A stretch of 64,000 nt of DNA, taken from assembly GCF_009914755.1 (NCBI RefSeq), contig NC_060931.1; one strand, 5' to 3'. The DNA comes from the human T2T-CHM13v2.0 reference genome, Homo sapiens. The translations under genes and the position numbers were made by a program. Positions 16,405-30,235 of this stretch are shown one piece after another (position 1 is the first letter of the stretch; every line of letters starts with the position of its first letter). Below the pieces are notes generated by a model that saw nothing but the letters and a program-made list of their open reading frames with translations, had not been told where the DNA came from and searched no databases.

Positions 16405-18379
16405 TTAATAGTACAGGATAAAAATTCAAATAATAAAGAGTAAAGAAGGGGAAAAAAAGAAACTCATGTTAAAAAAAAAATTCCTAGGCATTGAGAAGAA
16501 AACCAGGCCATGTCTTCTAGCAATCAAAACAAAGGAAATATCTTTATGTCTATTTTATTTAGAATTGAATACATGACATTGGTAAAGATGAAGAGGAGAC
16601 TACTGGTAAGCGGCCATGTATCAAGTAATGAGAGTATTTTTTTTCCTAGGCATTTCATCATAATTAAAATATTGTTATAAAATAATTCTGTATTCCTGTA
16701 ACTAAGGAAATAGCTCCCATTTTAATTCCATCTTAGAGGTCTTCTGTCTTAACCCCCAACTGAAGCCAACCTCAGTGAATAATTTGAGCAAAATAAAGGG
16801 AAGACAAAAGTTAATAGAAAAAAATGGTAGAGGCTTACAACACAACACTATCATTTGTAGTAACCTTCCACACACGTATGATTTTACATTTTTACATCTA
16901 GACTATATTTGGCCTTAGGGTAAGATTATTTTGTAAAAACTAAAGCTTCCATAATTTGTTTGGTTTACAAGTTATGTGAATTGACTGCTTAGAGCACATG
17001 GTAAATTTGTTTTACAAACTTTGCAGTAGAGTGAACTCTACCGGGTTTTACACTTTTTCTGAAGATTATTTGATTTATGAAATCCTTGTGCATCCTGGGA
17101 TTACCAAATATAAAATGCCAGGTCTAACTACTGTCAGGTCCTTCACACTGAGTCTTGGGATATATTTAGCAGTTAAAGTGACTGCTAACAGAATGTGAGT
17201 AAAAGTTGGCTTTTGGTTGAATGTTATATTGACATAATTATTAGTTCCATACTCATTAAGTGAATATCTCATCTATATGTATGGATGTTTATGTTACATT
17301 TGGCAGTGTTTAATTAGTTGAAAATGTTTTATGGTACATTTTATAGTTAGTAATTTATTTATTTTTATTACAAATCTCCAGTTGTAAAGAAAATAGCATT
17401 CCCTGTCTAAGTACTGCCTGAATCTATATATTCTAGCCAACTGTGCTATGGGTGTTCATGTCAGCTGCCTTTCTCTTATAGCTGATGCAACCTGGAAATC
17501 AGTATCTCCCAGTTAAGCCAGTACAACCGTACTAAGGACAGATCCTAGATTGCACAGGGAAGTGAAACAAATGGAAAACCATGCCACTGCATGAAGAGAC
17601 ATTTTGGAATGAGGTTCTTACTGAATTCATTGGAAGAAAACAATGCCTTTTAAATAAAATTTATATTTAATTAATCACTCTATGAAAGCCATATCTAAAG
17701 TTTAAAACTTGAACAATTGCAAATCATAGCATCTCTTTACATCCAATTAGTAATAAAAAAAAGTTATAAGGAAATGAGCATTCCAAAGTAGAACAGAGGG
17801 TGTGTGTGCAATGTGAGATATGGAGGAAGAATAGGCAGAGAGAATAAGTCAGACCATACACTTCCCATCCAACAGATGCATAAAGATTTCACCAATTCTT
17901 AGTGAAAAAAGGTTGAATGAAACTTAATAGCAGGAAACAGCATATGTATTTTTTATTGCATACATTATTACCTTACTTAACTATATGAAAAAACTAATAC
18001 TTTTTTAGATTTTGGGGGACCAAATTCTGGTAAATACATAAAACAATCCAGTTATTTTTTCAAATTCATCTCTAGCCAATTGGACTGTAGCTCGCAATTG
18101 AAATAGAAGATTTCATTGTGGAAATTAAGAAGATGAGGCAAACAGCATTCTTTGTGGTGGATTTAGCTTAGTTGATACGTGTTCTGTGTTGAATAAAAGT
18201 TGAGAAAGCCCTATACAGAAAACAGACAATCTGTCTTCACCTTTTAATGCTGCATTCAACCAGCAATGGATCCAGTTTTGAAATATCTAGACTTAGACAC
18301 GTAGGCTAGGCAGCTAAGTTTTCTTCTATCTATAGAAGTCTTAGATATTTCCTCTTCTCTAAGAGGCAGAATTGGACAA

Positions 18380-18738
18380 ATTATGCAACTTTCAGGGCCT
18401 CAGTTTCCTCATATATAAAATCAGTATAATAATGGTATCTATTTAATATGGTTGAGAAAAGAGTGTTGGAATTAATACATACAAAAAAAACTGTAAAAAG
18501 CTTCATGGCACATAATATATGCACAAAATCATAGCAAGGCAGAATAATAGGGTGTCCAAGAGCACAACACTACTAAAAATTAATTGCCTGAGCTCAAATT
18601 CAGGACTCCCCCACATCCTAGTGGTGTGACCTGACTTCAAGCTCAGTTTTCATATGTGTAAAAAGGGGATTAAAATAGTACTACCTTACAGAGGCATTTT
18701 GCTGAATTGAGACTGTATGTGTAAAACACTTAGGGCAG
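18380..18738 (+). mobile_element. Two adjacent MIR fragments
   Basis: MIR core 'ggcctcagtttcctcatatataaaatc' at ~18396 and 'gctcagttttcatatgtgtaaaaagggg' at ~18641. Confidence 0.65.
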
Positions 18739-20006
18739 CTTTGTAAAATTTAGTTACTTTTTTGTAATTGTCATTATGAAATATTTATAAAATTATGCAT
18801 GTTAGTATCTACATAAAGCATTTTTTTGTTGCATTCAACAGTGTAGCTTTAAAGGCTTTATCATGTTTACTTATAAGGAAAATGGCTAAAAAGTAGAATT
18901 CAGGTTCTTGGGTTAGTATTCAAAAGAGAAACTGATGTCTTCTGAGAAGTTTAACGTATCAGCAAAAACATCTACAAGGCAAATTATTATTGCCATGTCA
19001 TGGCATTATAATAATAGTAATTCTCTAAAAATGATAAAATTTGCTTATAGAAAGAATATGCAGTGATGTGATGTGATATTGGAAACATATCCTGGTTACT
19101 TAAAAATAAAAATAATTCTTTTTGCCATGTAAACACACCAAACACATTAAAATCAAGGTAATTGATGGCCCTGTCTGAGAATTTTTGTTTCATATTGTTT
19201 ACAACTATAGCATTTCATACCTTATGAAATTGAAATATGTAATTTCTCTAAAGGAAGGTGGTTATAATTACATGATGAGACACTGTGAATAAAAATTGTG
19301 TAATTATTTGTAATCCCACAAAGTGAATTATTCAATTAGATGTTTCCACATAATGCTGAGCTCAAGAAGGAGTCACCTAATTTGTGCAGCCTGTTTCTCC
19401 ATTTTCTCAGCCTTCTTATGTGCTTTAGAAGCCTGAGTCAACCAATTAAGTTTGGGATCTCAGGCATTTTTTGCTGAGATCTCATAAATAAATAACTGTC
19501 CTTTATTTCTTTTCCCCTGTCCTTTTCCTGTTGTCACCAACCCATGTTTTATAACAGCCACTTCCCTTTAACATTCTTACTCTATGGCCTGTAATGCGCG
19601 CACCCTTAATAACCACTTAGTTACTGATGGCCTGCTTCATACAGTAGCTTTATACATATTTCATACATTTTGTGCATTCCTTTAAGTGATTTTTACATCT
19701 TCAAGAGATAATCCATTCCACTGCTAAACTATAATAATGATGTCAAATGACACTTTCCAGTGGAAGGAGATTGTATTTATGGAAATTTTTATTGAAAGCT
19801 TTTACTTTCCAAAATACTAAAATTTAAATCATGTAAAGGAAGATGTATAATAAATTTAGCTTGATTTTTAATGATAATGTGTCTTATTCTCTGTAGTTGT
19901 CTTCTTTATGCTGCACGTCTCTTGTCCATCTGTTCTCCATTTTGTGATGGTGATCCAGGTGGTTCTTCAGTACATGAGTACATGAGACTGCAGGCATTTA
20001 TAGATG

Positions 20007-20092
20007 GAGAAGAGCACATGGTAGTCCTATTACCATAATCAGGTTTTGATAGAGAAGAGCACATGGTAGTCCTATTACAGTAATCAGATTTT
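20007..20092 (+). repeat. 45-bp tandem duplication
   Basis: gagaagagcacatggtagtcctattac.. starts at 20007 and 20052. Confidence 0.9.
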
Positions 20093-20655
20093 ATGTTGGT
20101 TTCAAAGTGAGAAGAGTGTTTTGAAATGCCAAAAGCAATTTCATCCTATAAAAAGACCAAATTGCTATTGAAAACTTTCCTTAGGCAGCAATTAAGCACA
20201 TTTTTTTTTTTCCTGGAAGTGATTTTGGTTCAGAGCATAAAAAGAAAGTTAATGATTTGGGGAAAATTTTTCCTAACTCAACATGTCTGTGATAAAACAG
20301 TGGGTTTACTGATAGCAGAAAATCATATGATGCAGGGTTTTGAAAATTAATCCTCACTACCATACACAGTGTTTGGCCTATTGGCTAGTAAATTATAGCT
20401 TCTGGCTTTTTCTATACTTTTAGCTCTTATAAAATGCAAAATGGCATACACCTGGCTTTTAAAAGCAGTAGTTAATCAAGCACTTGAAATTAATGCTAGC
20501 ACTCAAAATAATTATGTTTACTTTATCCTAAGTTTTAAATCTTATAGTTTTCAAATATATATAAATAAATTAGTGACACTATTATTGAAATCATATATTT
20601 ATTTCTTATAAAGAAATGTATGGAAAATGTATTGTTCAATGAGTGTGTTCAGTTC

Positions 20656-20733
20656 GTTTTGGGAGAACATTTCTGCATGAGAGAATTGCTAATTGTTTTG
20701 GGAGAAGACAGTTCTGCATGAGACAATAGTAAT
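20656..20733 (+). repeat. ~39-bp imperfect tandem duplication
   Basis: gttttgggagaa..ca.ttctgcatgaga.aat starts at 20656 and 20695. Confidence 0.85.
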
Positions 20734-22119
20734 CTTGTTTCCAAAATTTTATTACCTTGGGCAAACCATGAATTATTATTGTGCCACTGTTTTTTGAAAT
20801 CATGTTCAATAATCTGAAGTCAATGTATTTAATCAGAAGTAGTATGAAATGAAGTTTCTTGAATGAAGTGTTTCAAAACAAAATGATATAAATTTTTTAT
20901 AGCAATATTTTGAAGATAATTTGGTGTATTTTTAAATTTAATATTGCATTGATATTACTGGACTCATTTCTATTTTATTGACACACACAAAAAATCTTAA
21001 CATGAAAAGCCTTTCTTTATTCTTAAACCATCATAAATATTTCAAATATATAACCTACTGGTTCTTTTTAAGAAGAAAATAAATTCATGGCACTAGATTT
21101 TGGAGGGAGCAGACCAAAGCAACATACCACAAGCATGAGACTTATATAAAAGTTTTTATGATGTGTATCCTGGAAAAAATGTAATTCTACCTGAGAATAT
21201 ATCAGTGTACTTTTACATACCAAAACATAAATAGCATTTATATTTCTTATCTATTAAATAACATACTTTCCCCCAAAACTCCAGGTAAAATTGAAAGAAA
21301 GGTCTGCTTAGTTATCTTCTAAGGAAGCTTATATTTTTTCTCACGTTTACAACTAATCTTACGTTTTGCAGCAGTTAGTGCCATATTAGTACCGATTTTT
21401 AAAGCTGTTTTACCTGTATAAGATTATAATTTAAACTCCATGCCTTTTTACTTGCATGAGCAACTTCCAGGGCCCTTGCAGAGGACCTAGCAATGTATTC
21501 TCATGTACTTGTATTTTCAATACAATGTACCAAAGTAAGTTATTTCAACAAAAATCACTTGAGATTATTGTCTCTTTACTCCAACTTCAATGTCAAGTGG
21601 CTTTGAAGTAGTCATGGGCATTTTTGGAATCTGCCTAAGGGCATGTTTGAGATATATCTTGTCGGAGTTTAGTGCAATATCTTTTTATTTACATTTGTAG
21701 TCACTTCTGTGCATAGTTAACTTATTGCTCATGGTCTCCTCCTAGCAAAGGTTTCTAGAAGTGCTGTGCCAACTTGTTCAGCATTGTGGCAGGGAGGTAC
21801 AAAGCCAAAGAGCATATTGCAGTGCAGTATGAAAGACTTGTTTTATGTCATGAAATGTATTAAGCTACTTATTGATGTCTGTAAAAGTCTTTCCATTGGC
21901 TGACACTTAGGTCAAAACAAATTTATCCTCTTCAGATATATACTCAACCCTAAAATCCTAGAGCTAAATAATCGTTTATAAACATTTCTTTCATCTGTGC
22001 TAAAAGATAACTTCAACTATTTCTCTACAGAGCTAATACAAAAACACTATTATATAAAAAGGTAATGATGTTTACACCAAAAATAGTGGGACAAAATGTA
22101 TCCTACGATTGTGTCTGGC

Positions 22120-22338
22120 TGATAATTAAGTTAAAAACACATTTTTATTATTTTTCTGGATTTTTGTAATGTACGTACTATATGTCAGTTTGTTATAATA
22201 TGTTATTTTTTGTGATTTAGTTTCCCATTTTATATAAATTTTCATTTTCATGCAGTAACTCAATTCATAATGTTTTATTTTTAAACAGAATCCCACAAAT
22301 TATATAAGCTCCAGGCCTCACAAAACTGAATCTGCCTC
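22120..22338 (-). mobile_element. Old hAT-Tip100-like DNA transposon end
   Basis: Minus strand reads gaggcagattcagttttgtgaggcctggagcttatataatttgtggga, similar to a recalled 'ggggcggatccaggttttgtggggcctgaagcttatacaatttggggg' terminus. Exact family uncertain. Confidence 0.45.
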
Positions 22339-22484
22339 AATTTATAAATAATAATTAATTTATATTTATCTTGGTTATTTTATGATTTAGATCATGTAAG
22401 TAACAAAATCAAACTTGCATCTGTGATAATCTAAGCTAATAAATCTTCAAAACCATCACAAAAGATAGCACTTAATTCTAATAA

Positions 22485-22715
22485 AAAATAACAACTACCA
22501 GTTACCAGGTACTTTTCAAACACTTTTGTCCATTTTAACTTAATTATTAATTTCTGTAAGCTCATAAGGAAGATTCAATAATTATATTAACTCTATTAAA
22601 TAAATAAAATTGATGCATAGAGAGGATCAGAGATTTGCCCAAGCTTGTATAGTGAAAATTTGAATCCAGGCAGCTTGATTCCAGCATCTGTACTCCTAAC
22701 CACTATACTATACTA
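22485..22715 (-). mobile_element. MIR SINE
   Basis: aaattgatgcatagagaggatcagagatttgcccaag...tttgaatccaggcagcttgattccagcatctgtactcctaaccactatact. Confidence 0.75.
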
Positions 22716-25700
22716 TGGCTCAAGGTATCGTCTTTCACCTAGTAGGAGATCCTCAAATGGTAGACATGCTCAGATGAACTTAACCAGCTTACCACCTTAG
22801 TAGTTGTTTGTGGTTTTTTTTTAATCCCATGTTTGGGCATGGAAACATATGAAGTGATTAAGAATCATCTAGTATCTTTTCAATGTCCAGGAAGCTAAGG
22901 CATCTTCCCCACATGGTGTTGGTTGTAGGGCTCAAAACTATATCTGTATCCTGAAAATTCCTCCAGGTCATTCTGACATACTTTTTAGATGACAACTACA
23001 ACAATAGAATAATTGCAAGAATAGATTATGAAAAAAATTAGAGAAATTAAAATTCTTCTCGAATGAATTGGCATTCTGTTTTTTTAATGGTACTCCAATT
23101 TGGTGTCCCCACAAACTGTTGTGTTTGTACTAGTTTTAGAAAGAGAAGAACTTACACTTAACATGCTAGAGAAGGTATCCAAAGCAATTCAAACAGACTT
23201 AATTAGACAATGAGCACTTTAAAATGACTTAAGTAGTACCTACTTGATCTTGGAAACATAGCTGAGTTTTGTTTTGTCTTGTTTTTGAAATGTACAAGAT
23301 TGAAAAAGCAACACCATAAAATATGTTACTCACATATATTTGTATAAGTGATAAAACTCATTTTAAAACTCGGCAATAATAACACAATTCAGAATAGTGG
23401 TTATCTCTGCAGTAGAAGAGCTGGGAAGAAAGGAAGAGAAAGAAGGAATAGGCAGATATGAATTACCAATTATATGTGTGGGTGTTTGTAGGGAGTTGGG
23501 TGGTTGTCTTTTTCAGTTTGCTTTAGTTTTGAGTTAAATGATGTGTTCTCTATTTCAGTAAAATTATTTTAGTAAAATAAACAAATGAAGTAAAAAGTTA
23601 AATGCAAGCAACACTAAAGAGTATATTATTTAGGCAAACACATATATGTACTAAAATAATTTTTAAAAGGGTTACACATAAACCAATAAAAGTAGTGTTT
23701 TACCAACCAAGTATGATGTTTATACTATACACATTACCAAATCCAGGAAAATAATGAAAATGTGTTTTTAACTTAATTACCTGCTTGACACAGTTGTATG
23801 ATACATTTTTTCCTACTATTTTTGGCTTAAAACTCTAACTTTCTATATAATCATGCTTCTGTAATAGCTCTGTAGAGAGTTTTAGCACAGATGAAAGACT
23901 TTTTTAAAAAAGATTATTTGCTCTAAGATTTTAGAGCATTGTGGGTGTATACCTGAAGACTGATTTAGGCAATTTCCTGCCCCAGAATGTGTGCATGTCT
24001 TTACTTAGTACTTCTTCCTATGTGCTTAGTGCTAACCCAGTTCTTCAATTTTTTTACTTGACCTACAACCTAAAAGGAGAGATCCTTGAAAGAGGAGGAT
24101 TTTAATTTTTTTCTGCCTTCCTGATGGCTCAGTGTATGAAACAAAAGAAGCAGGCAATTTGCTTAACAAATGAATGAATGCTGGCTATAATATTTATTAG
24201 TCATATCATGTATTATTTAGTAACTCCACTCTCTCTCTCTCTCAGAGCATATAATCATTGTAAAGTATTTACCATGAAATAATATGAAGAGCCTCTAATA
24301 AATGTGGATTGTTCATTCAACCTGATAATTTATTTTAAAAACCCACAGTGCTATTAAAATCATAGAGAACTTAATAAATTCTTTACTTATTTTTAGATCA
24401 AAAGAAACATACAGTTTGCCATGTAGAAACAACTACTGAGAAAATTAATAGCCGTATACCTAGCTAGGCCAATTTGAAAAAAATCAATTCATTTGATTCC
24501 CAAATCCCATTACCACTCTTTCTCCTTTTTCTTTTTCCAGTACTTTTGCTTTGAACAATACCTTTTCATAGTTAATGTACTTGTGATATAAATCCTGGAT
24601 ATGTGTCAAAAACTTTGTGAGGGTAGGGTGCAATTCAATAGCCCCACGAAAACATTGTTTGAGTTATGTTGGTTTTGGATGCTTCTCATTAAAATTTGAA
24701 ATTACAGCTATCAGATGAATAAGATGAGTGTGTTGGTATTAACAAGATCTTATGATTATGAGGTTTCCTTTTTGCTGAAAATTCTTGACTTCTGGTCAAA
24801 TTGGATATGCTTCAGTAATTTTCTCTTGTGTGCATTAATATCAACTTTCTCTCATACATTTAATTAAAACTTTGGTGTTCTGCTTTAAATTCCACTTCCC
24901 TTCTCTAATCAGAAAGATGGTAATTATTGGGAAGCCTATCAATACTCCCCATAGGCACACATGAAGGCCATAATTTTCTTTAATCATCATTTATTAATAC
25001 CCTAAATGCAAATATTATCAAGTAAGCGTTTGTATGCATATAAAACAACATCTTAGTCCAAACCTTTAAAATTTTACAAAGCACAATATTACATAAAGGG
25101 TATGCCATTTGGAAAATGTGTTTTCCATTTCTTTCCAACTCTTGATATTCTCCTTCATGTTCACTCTTTCAGAACTCTTTCCACCTGGTCCTTGACCTAA
25201 TGCCTCAGGGTCCCACTCTTTGTTAGCTAATCACACTATTCTATCTGTGTTAATGTTTTATAAGTGGTAACCCTTAAAGTTTTGTATCCTTCCAGCTAAC
25301 AAATTTCAACAGAAATTTTTTTGTCTCCTGTAATCCAAAGACAGAATTAACACTGAGGGTTTCAGACTTTCTAGCAAGTCATTATAATGAGTAATTTTCT
25401 GGTTTTAGATACCTTTGGTATTTAAAAGAATCAGGAAATTCTATATTACTAGATGATTAGGAAAGAGAAAGAGACAAATACTACCTTTGTTTCCTCAGAG
25501 TAGCAATTCTGAGAGTGAATATGTGCTCCTCCACGGGTAAGTTCTGATATGATACAGAAAAAAAAAAATGTGGTAATAGAATCCAGCTCTCATGGTAAAT
25601 AACTCTGGCCCTAGTGGTATGCAAAGTGTGAGAAGTGCTAACTTATAGGCCAGTGCATACTCCCAAGTGAATTAACCTGGTTTTAGATGTATAGAAACAA

Positions 25701-27279
25701 AATAAAAAGAAAAGTCAGTGGTTAAAAAACACTAATGTTCGGGCTTTCATGCTGTAAAAATGAAAACCATTGTGGAAAGGCCATCATTTGAATCATTTAA
25801 CAGGAGAAGATGAAGCATTTGGTAGTATTCTTTGGGGAGTAATGTTTCAAGTGCAGAAAGAAGCACTGAAGGAATAAAATGGGCCAGCGGGCATTTTTCA
25901 GTTTTAGGCTGTCTAATATTATGGTTCATTTCTATCTTCCTTTGGCAATAAAAATGGTTTGTTTCAGTATCCACAGAGCTTTATTCCTTGAGGTGAGTTT
26001 CATTCTCCTCAATGTTTTCAGACCATGCCTATCTGGGACATACACCCTCAAGTGAAAGAAATATCAGCATGATGATAGTTTTTTAGCTCCATGAAGTTAG
26101 AAGGTCAATCAAAGTTTCTTTTCCATTGGACTATTTGACATCTGTTATAATCAAGTAAAAGCATTGTCTAGCAACTGAATTTCTAGATATGCTTTAATGT
26201 TGTTGCAATTATGCCCTTAAGTTTAATTAGATAGATATTATTAGAAGTTTATGGAATGGAGCAAATTGGTATGAAATAGAGTAAAAACAGAAGTAACGAT
26301 ATTTCTTTTCTCTTTCCTCATTGCATATCAGACAACACTTTAACAATATGGGAATTTTAGAAGACACTGTTTTCTCACTGTCTTCTCTGAATAGACCCTA
26401 TTTGTTATTTATAATCTCATATTTAGAAAGCTCTTTGCTATACATTTTACTCATATTTTATTAAGCCATGACAAAGTGGTCTCAATTTAATAGATGAGGT
26501 CATTGAATCATATGCTTATTAAACATAAAGAGATGCTTGGGCATTTGAAGTTAAAGTAGAAAGGGACAAAAGATAAAGAATGGTGATGCAATATGTATAT
26601 ACCTACAAGGGAAATAATTCTGACTACTAGAGAATTAGGAAACATGCTTTCATCAGGGGGTGATTATAAGTCTAGGAATAGGAATGTTTTGTGCATGGTT
26701 ATAATGTTATATAATTATATATATACACACACTTAACATATATAATTTTAATATATTTAATATGATACAAATATAGATATATTTAAAATGGTATATGTTG
26801 CTATTTAGTGTAAATATCACTAATTCTTACTATTCCATTACAATAAAGTGTACAATGGAATATGCCTAGCGTATGTGTTTGATTCCTCAGCTCACTATTG
26901 AATGCAAAGAAATTAGAAAAAATTTATAGTTAAGTGAATTATCCATAAGCTTCTAAAATTATTTAATTTTATTCTCAAAATAATTCCCTGCATTTTTATA
27001 TTTTATTTTTTTATCTTCTTTTTCATCTTATTTTCTTATTTTTTATTCTTATGTTTCTTCTTCTCCTATTATAAACCTTATCTCATTGATTTCTAACCTT
27101 TTATCTTAAAACTCATTTTCAATGTTTAGGATTTTTAAATCCTTAAAGTGAGGAGGTAGCATGGCAAAACAAAACAAAACAACAATAAGAGCAAGTATTT
27201 TAAAATTGCTTACTACAATATAATCTATTTTAATAATTTTATTTATATTTAGTCTGCGGATAGTCCTTTGCAGTAGATT

Positions 27280-27400
27280 AAATTATGATTCTTGCTTTCA
27301 AATTAGAATATTGACATTGAGAGGTTCAATAACTTGTTCGTGTCACACAGGTAATTAATGTCAGAGCCTGAATGCAAACTCAGAGCCTTTCTGAACCTTC
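27280..27400 (-). mobile_element. MIR fragment
   Basis: ttgacattgagaggttcaataacttgttcgtgtcacacaggtaattaatgtcagagcctgaatgcaaactcag. Confidence 0.6.
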
Positions 27401-29700
27401 CCTGTTGATGCTCCTTTATACATATTCTATGTTTTTCTGAATGTTTCCAAAAAATTTACCACAAGGATACCTAGAGGCTCATTGGTTAACTTTTTCCAGA
27501 ACACAAATTATTCAATGTACAATTAACAGACTTGAGTTTCTGAACCAGAACTAAATCCTTGCCCTTGTAGGAAGGGATTTATGTCTTAAGGTTATGGCAT
27601 GTACAATCAGTACATTTTGAGTAAAAAACAAAAACAAATGATGGATAGAAGTCAGAAGATAAATGTAAGGGAGGGTCCCTTCTGGCAAGACTGTTTCTCA
27701 ACTTTGCAGAGAAATGAAGTACAGTGGATATCTTAAGAATCAGTAGCAGAAACTCAATAGAAAGATTATACTCCCTAGCTCTGACATCGTAAATATTCAA
27801 GCCTGACTCCAAAAGCATCATTTACCGTTTTTCTGTCCCACTAAAATTATTGATGGAATCATGTGAGTATTCTGGTGGTATGTGGGACCCCTCAATATTT
27901 TCTGTTAATTATGAAGTCAGTAGAGACTAACTATTGTGGACAGTTACTCCAGAAAAGTTGTTTATTTTATAATAAGAGATTAAGTGTGGTCTGTGAAATG
28001 CTTTTCTTTATTTCAACTGGAGCCCTCTTTATTTCAGCCTGAGGCTCAATCTAACCCAAGCCCGCAGAATATGCTAGCCATAACTTTAATATTTGTGAAT
28101 CTCATTTTGGATACATGAGGATTGAACTTTTTAACACCAAATATTTCCAAGTAAATTATTAATAGTTTAAGAAATAAGATGTTATTGGCTTTCAGATGCA
28201 TTATTTTATATAATACAACAGCTTCAAAATACAGAAAATACTATTATTCCTTCTTTATAGGTATAAAAAAGTGAAAAAAACTGCCTTAAAAATAGCACAT
28301 CTGCTAGGCTGAAAGGCCCATTTAAAGGCTATGTCTGCCTCAATTCAGAGATCAAGATCAACATGTTAGCTTTCATATTTGATTAGTTTAGCTTCTCCAG
28401 ATACTTACTTGAGTTATTTGTGGAACCTAAATAAAGAACTCTCTCTTTTGTTAGGAACTGCTTTCTAACTTTTGAATGATAGCCATGATTATATGCTTTG
28501 TCTGGCTTTATTTTATTTCTGAACCCAGATCCTCTACCAGTGTACTTTACCCAGTTTAGTCAATCTCTGTTTAAAGTCTAACCATGCTCCATATTGAGGC
28601 AGTAGAGAGATAAATACCACTTAGCACCATATTAGTTTGATTTACCTCCAAACAGTTATGACATTAAATAATATTAACTTCTCTAGTGAGGCTGATTTTT
28701 GTATTTTTAAAATAACTGAATTAATCTCTGTCTTCAATTTATTTCCTTTTAATTTTTTATTTTATTTTATTTATTTACTTCATTTATTTTTATTTTATTT
28801 TTTATTTCCTTTTTTATATTATCAATTCACTTATTGACTTATTGCATCATATGCATTCTTATAACTATAAACACCTTTTTGAGCATCGTATGATAAAACT
28901 AGATGTATTCATAATTAGTACTGTTACTTATTATTATTAATGCTTATGTTAGGTCCATTATTAAATCAACATAAACACACATGAGACTTTGTTTTAAATG
29001 AAGCGGAATTTAAATTAGTATTTTCTATCTATTAATGTTTTTATGGATATGATGTCTATAAATGTTTATGGATGTTATAAGCTGAAAGTTACATTTTTAA
29101 ATAACAATCCACTTTTTAAGTAACACACTTACTAAATAACATTTAAAATAATCCACACTTATAAAATAATTCACTTCAAAATAACTTTAAAAATAACTGC
29201 CTTTGAAGCAAAAGAAATGAAGTATATAAAGAGCTCTGTAGCCTGTGAATACATGCATTTCACAGATTGGAGAAGGGAAAATGTGAACTTAATTTCTGGT
29301 AATTCCAGATGTTTGATGTCTAGGATGCATAATTTAAAAAGACATTGTTGCTACAATTATCTGATCCCTTCTTAAATCTCATTGTTGTGTTTTGCTTTCC
29401 GGTTGTTCATTTTATGATTACAAAAATTACTTTGATAACAAATATAATGTTTATTTTAAAAAATAGAAACAGGAAACAACTCAGTATTTTCTACATGAAA
29501 AATGAAAATGAAGACTTTCATTGAAAAATGAAATCTGTGCTAACCTCTGACACTGCCTCTTACAAAATCCTAATAAAAGCACATTTGGAAACAGAACTTA
29601 ATTATAAGATTGTTTAAACTCAGTTTTCAAAGGTCTTGACTTAATACATATTTATCTCATAAAAAATGATTTGAAAAACAGGAATAGATGTTACCAAGAG

Positions 29701-30235
29701 TGTCAGAGGTGTTCCAGCCAGAGTGACTCCATCTTGAGTGAGGGTTAGGAAAATGATGCTGGGACTTCCTGGGCTGCTTTCCCAGAAAGTTAGGTATTCC
29801 TAGCCTCTAGATGTTTACAGTTAAGGGAACAGATTGATAGTGTTTACTAAACAGACCCAGACTTGGGAGTGTCCTTATATCCGATATCTTGAGAACAGAA
29901 GTATTCCTAATTTTGCTTTAAAGATAATATTGATTCTTGCAAAATATAGTGATTAAGTAAATTAATCCTTTATCACAAATCCCTGTAGCAGAGCATATCT
30001 CCCCATGATTGTTTTTTTTTTTTTATCCTACATAAACGAATATTGTATGGTGGACACATTCCTCCTTTTACTTTTGGAAACGTCCCACTCTGTGTGGATT
30101 AGCTGTACTTTGACTACTTTACTTTCCTAATAAACTTGCTTTTGCTTTGCACTTTGAACTCACCCTGAATTTTTTCTTGCATGAGATCCAAGAACCCTCT
30201 CTTGGGGTCTAGATCAGGACCCCTTTCCTATAACA
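29701..30235 (+). mobile_element. Solo MER41 LTR (MER41C-like, ERV1)
   Basis: Starts tgtcagaggtgttccagccagagtgactccatcttg, ends agatccaagaaccctctcttggggtctagatcaggacccctttcctataaca; AATAAA at ~30129; 4-bp TSD agag/agac. Confidence 0.9.

Noticed and set aside
17558-17568. ETS-IRF composite motif GGAAGTGAAAC
   Set aside because: A single short motif with no supporting context.
20007-20733. CRISPR-like repeat-spacer array
   Set aside because: Only two-copy head-to-tail duplications without unique spacers, in primate DNA with no cas genes.
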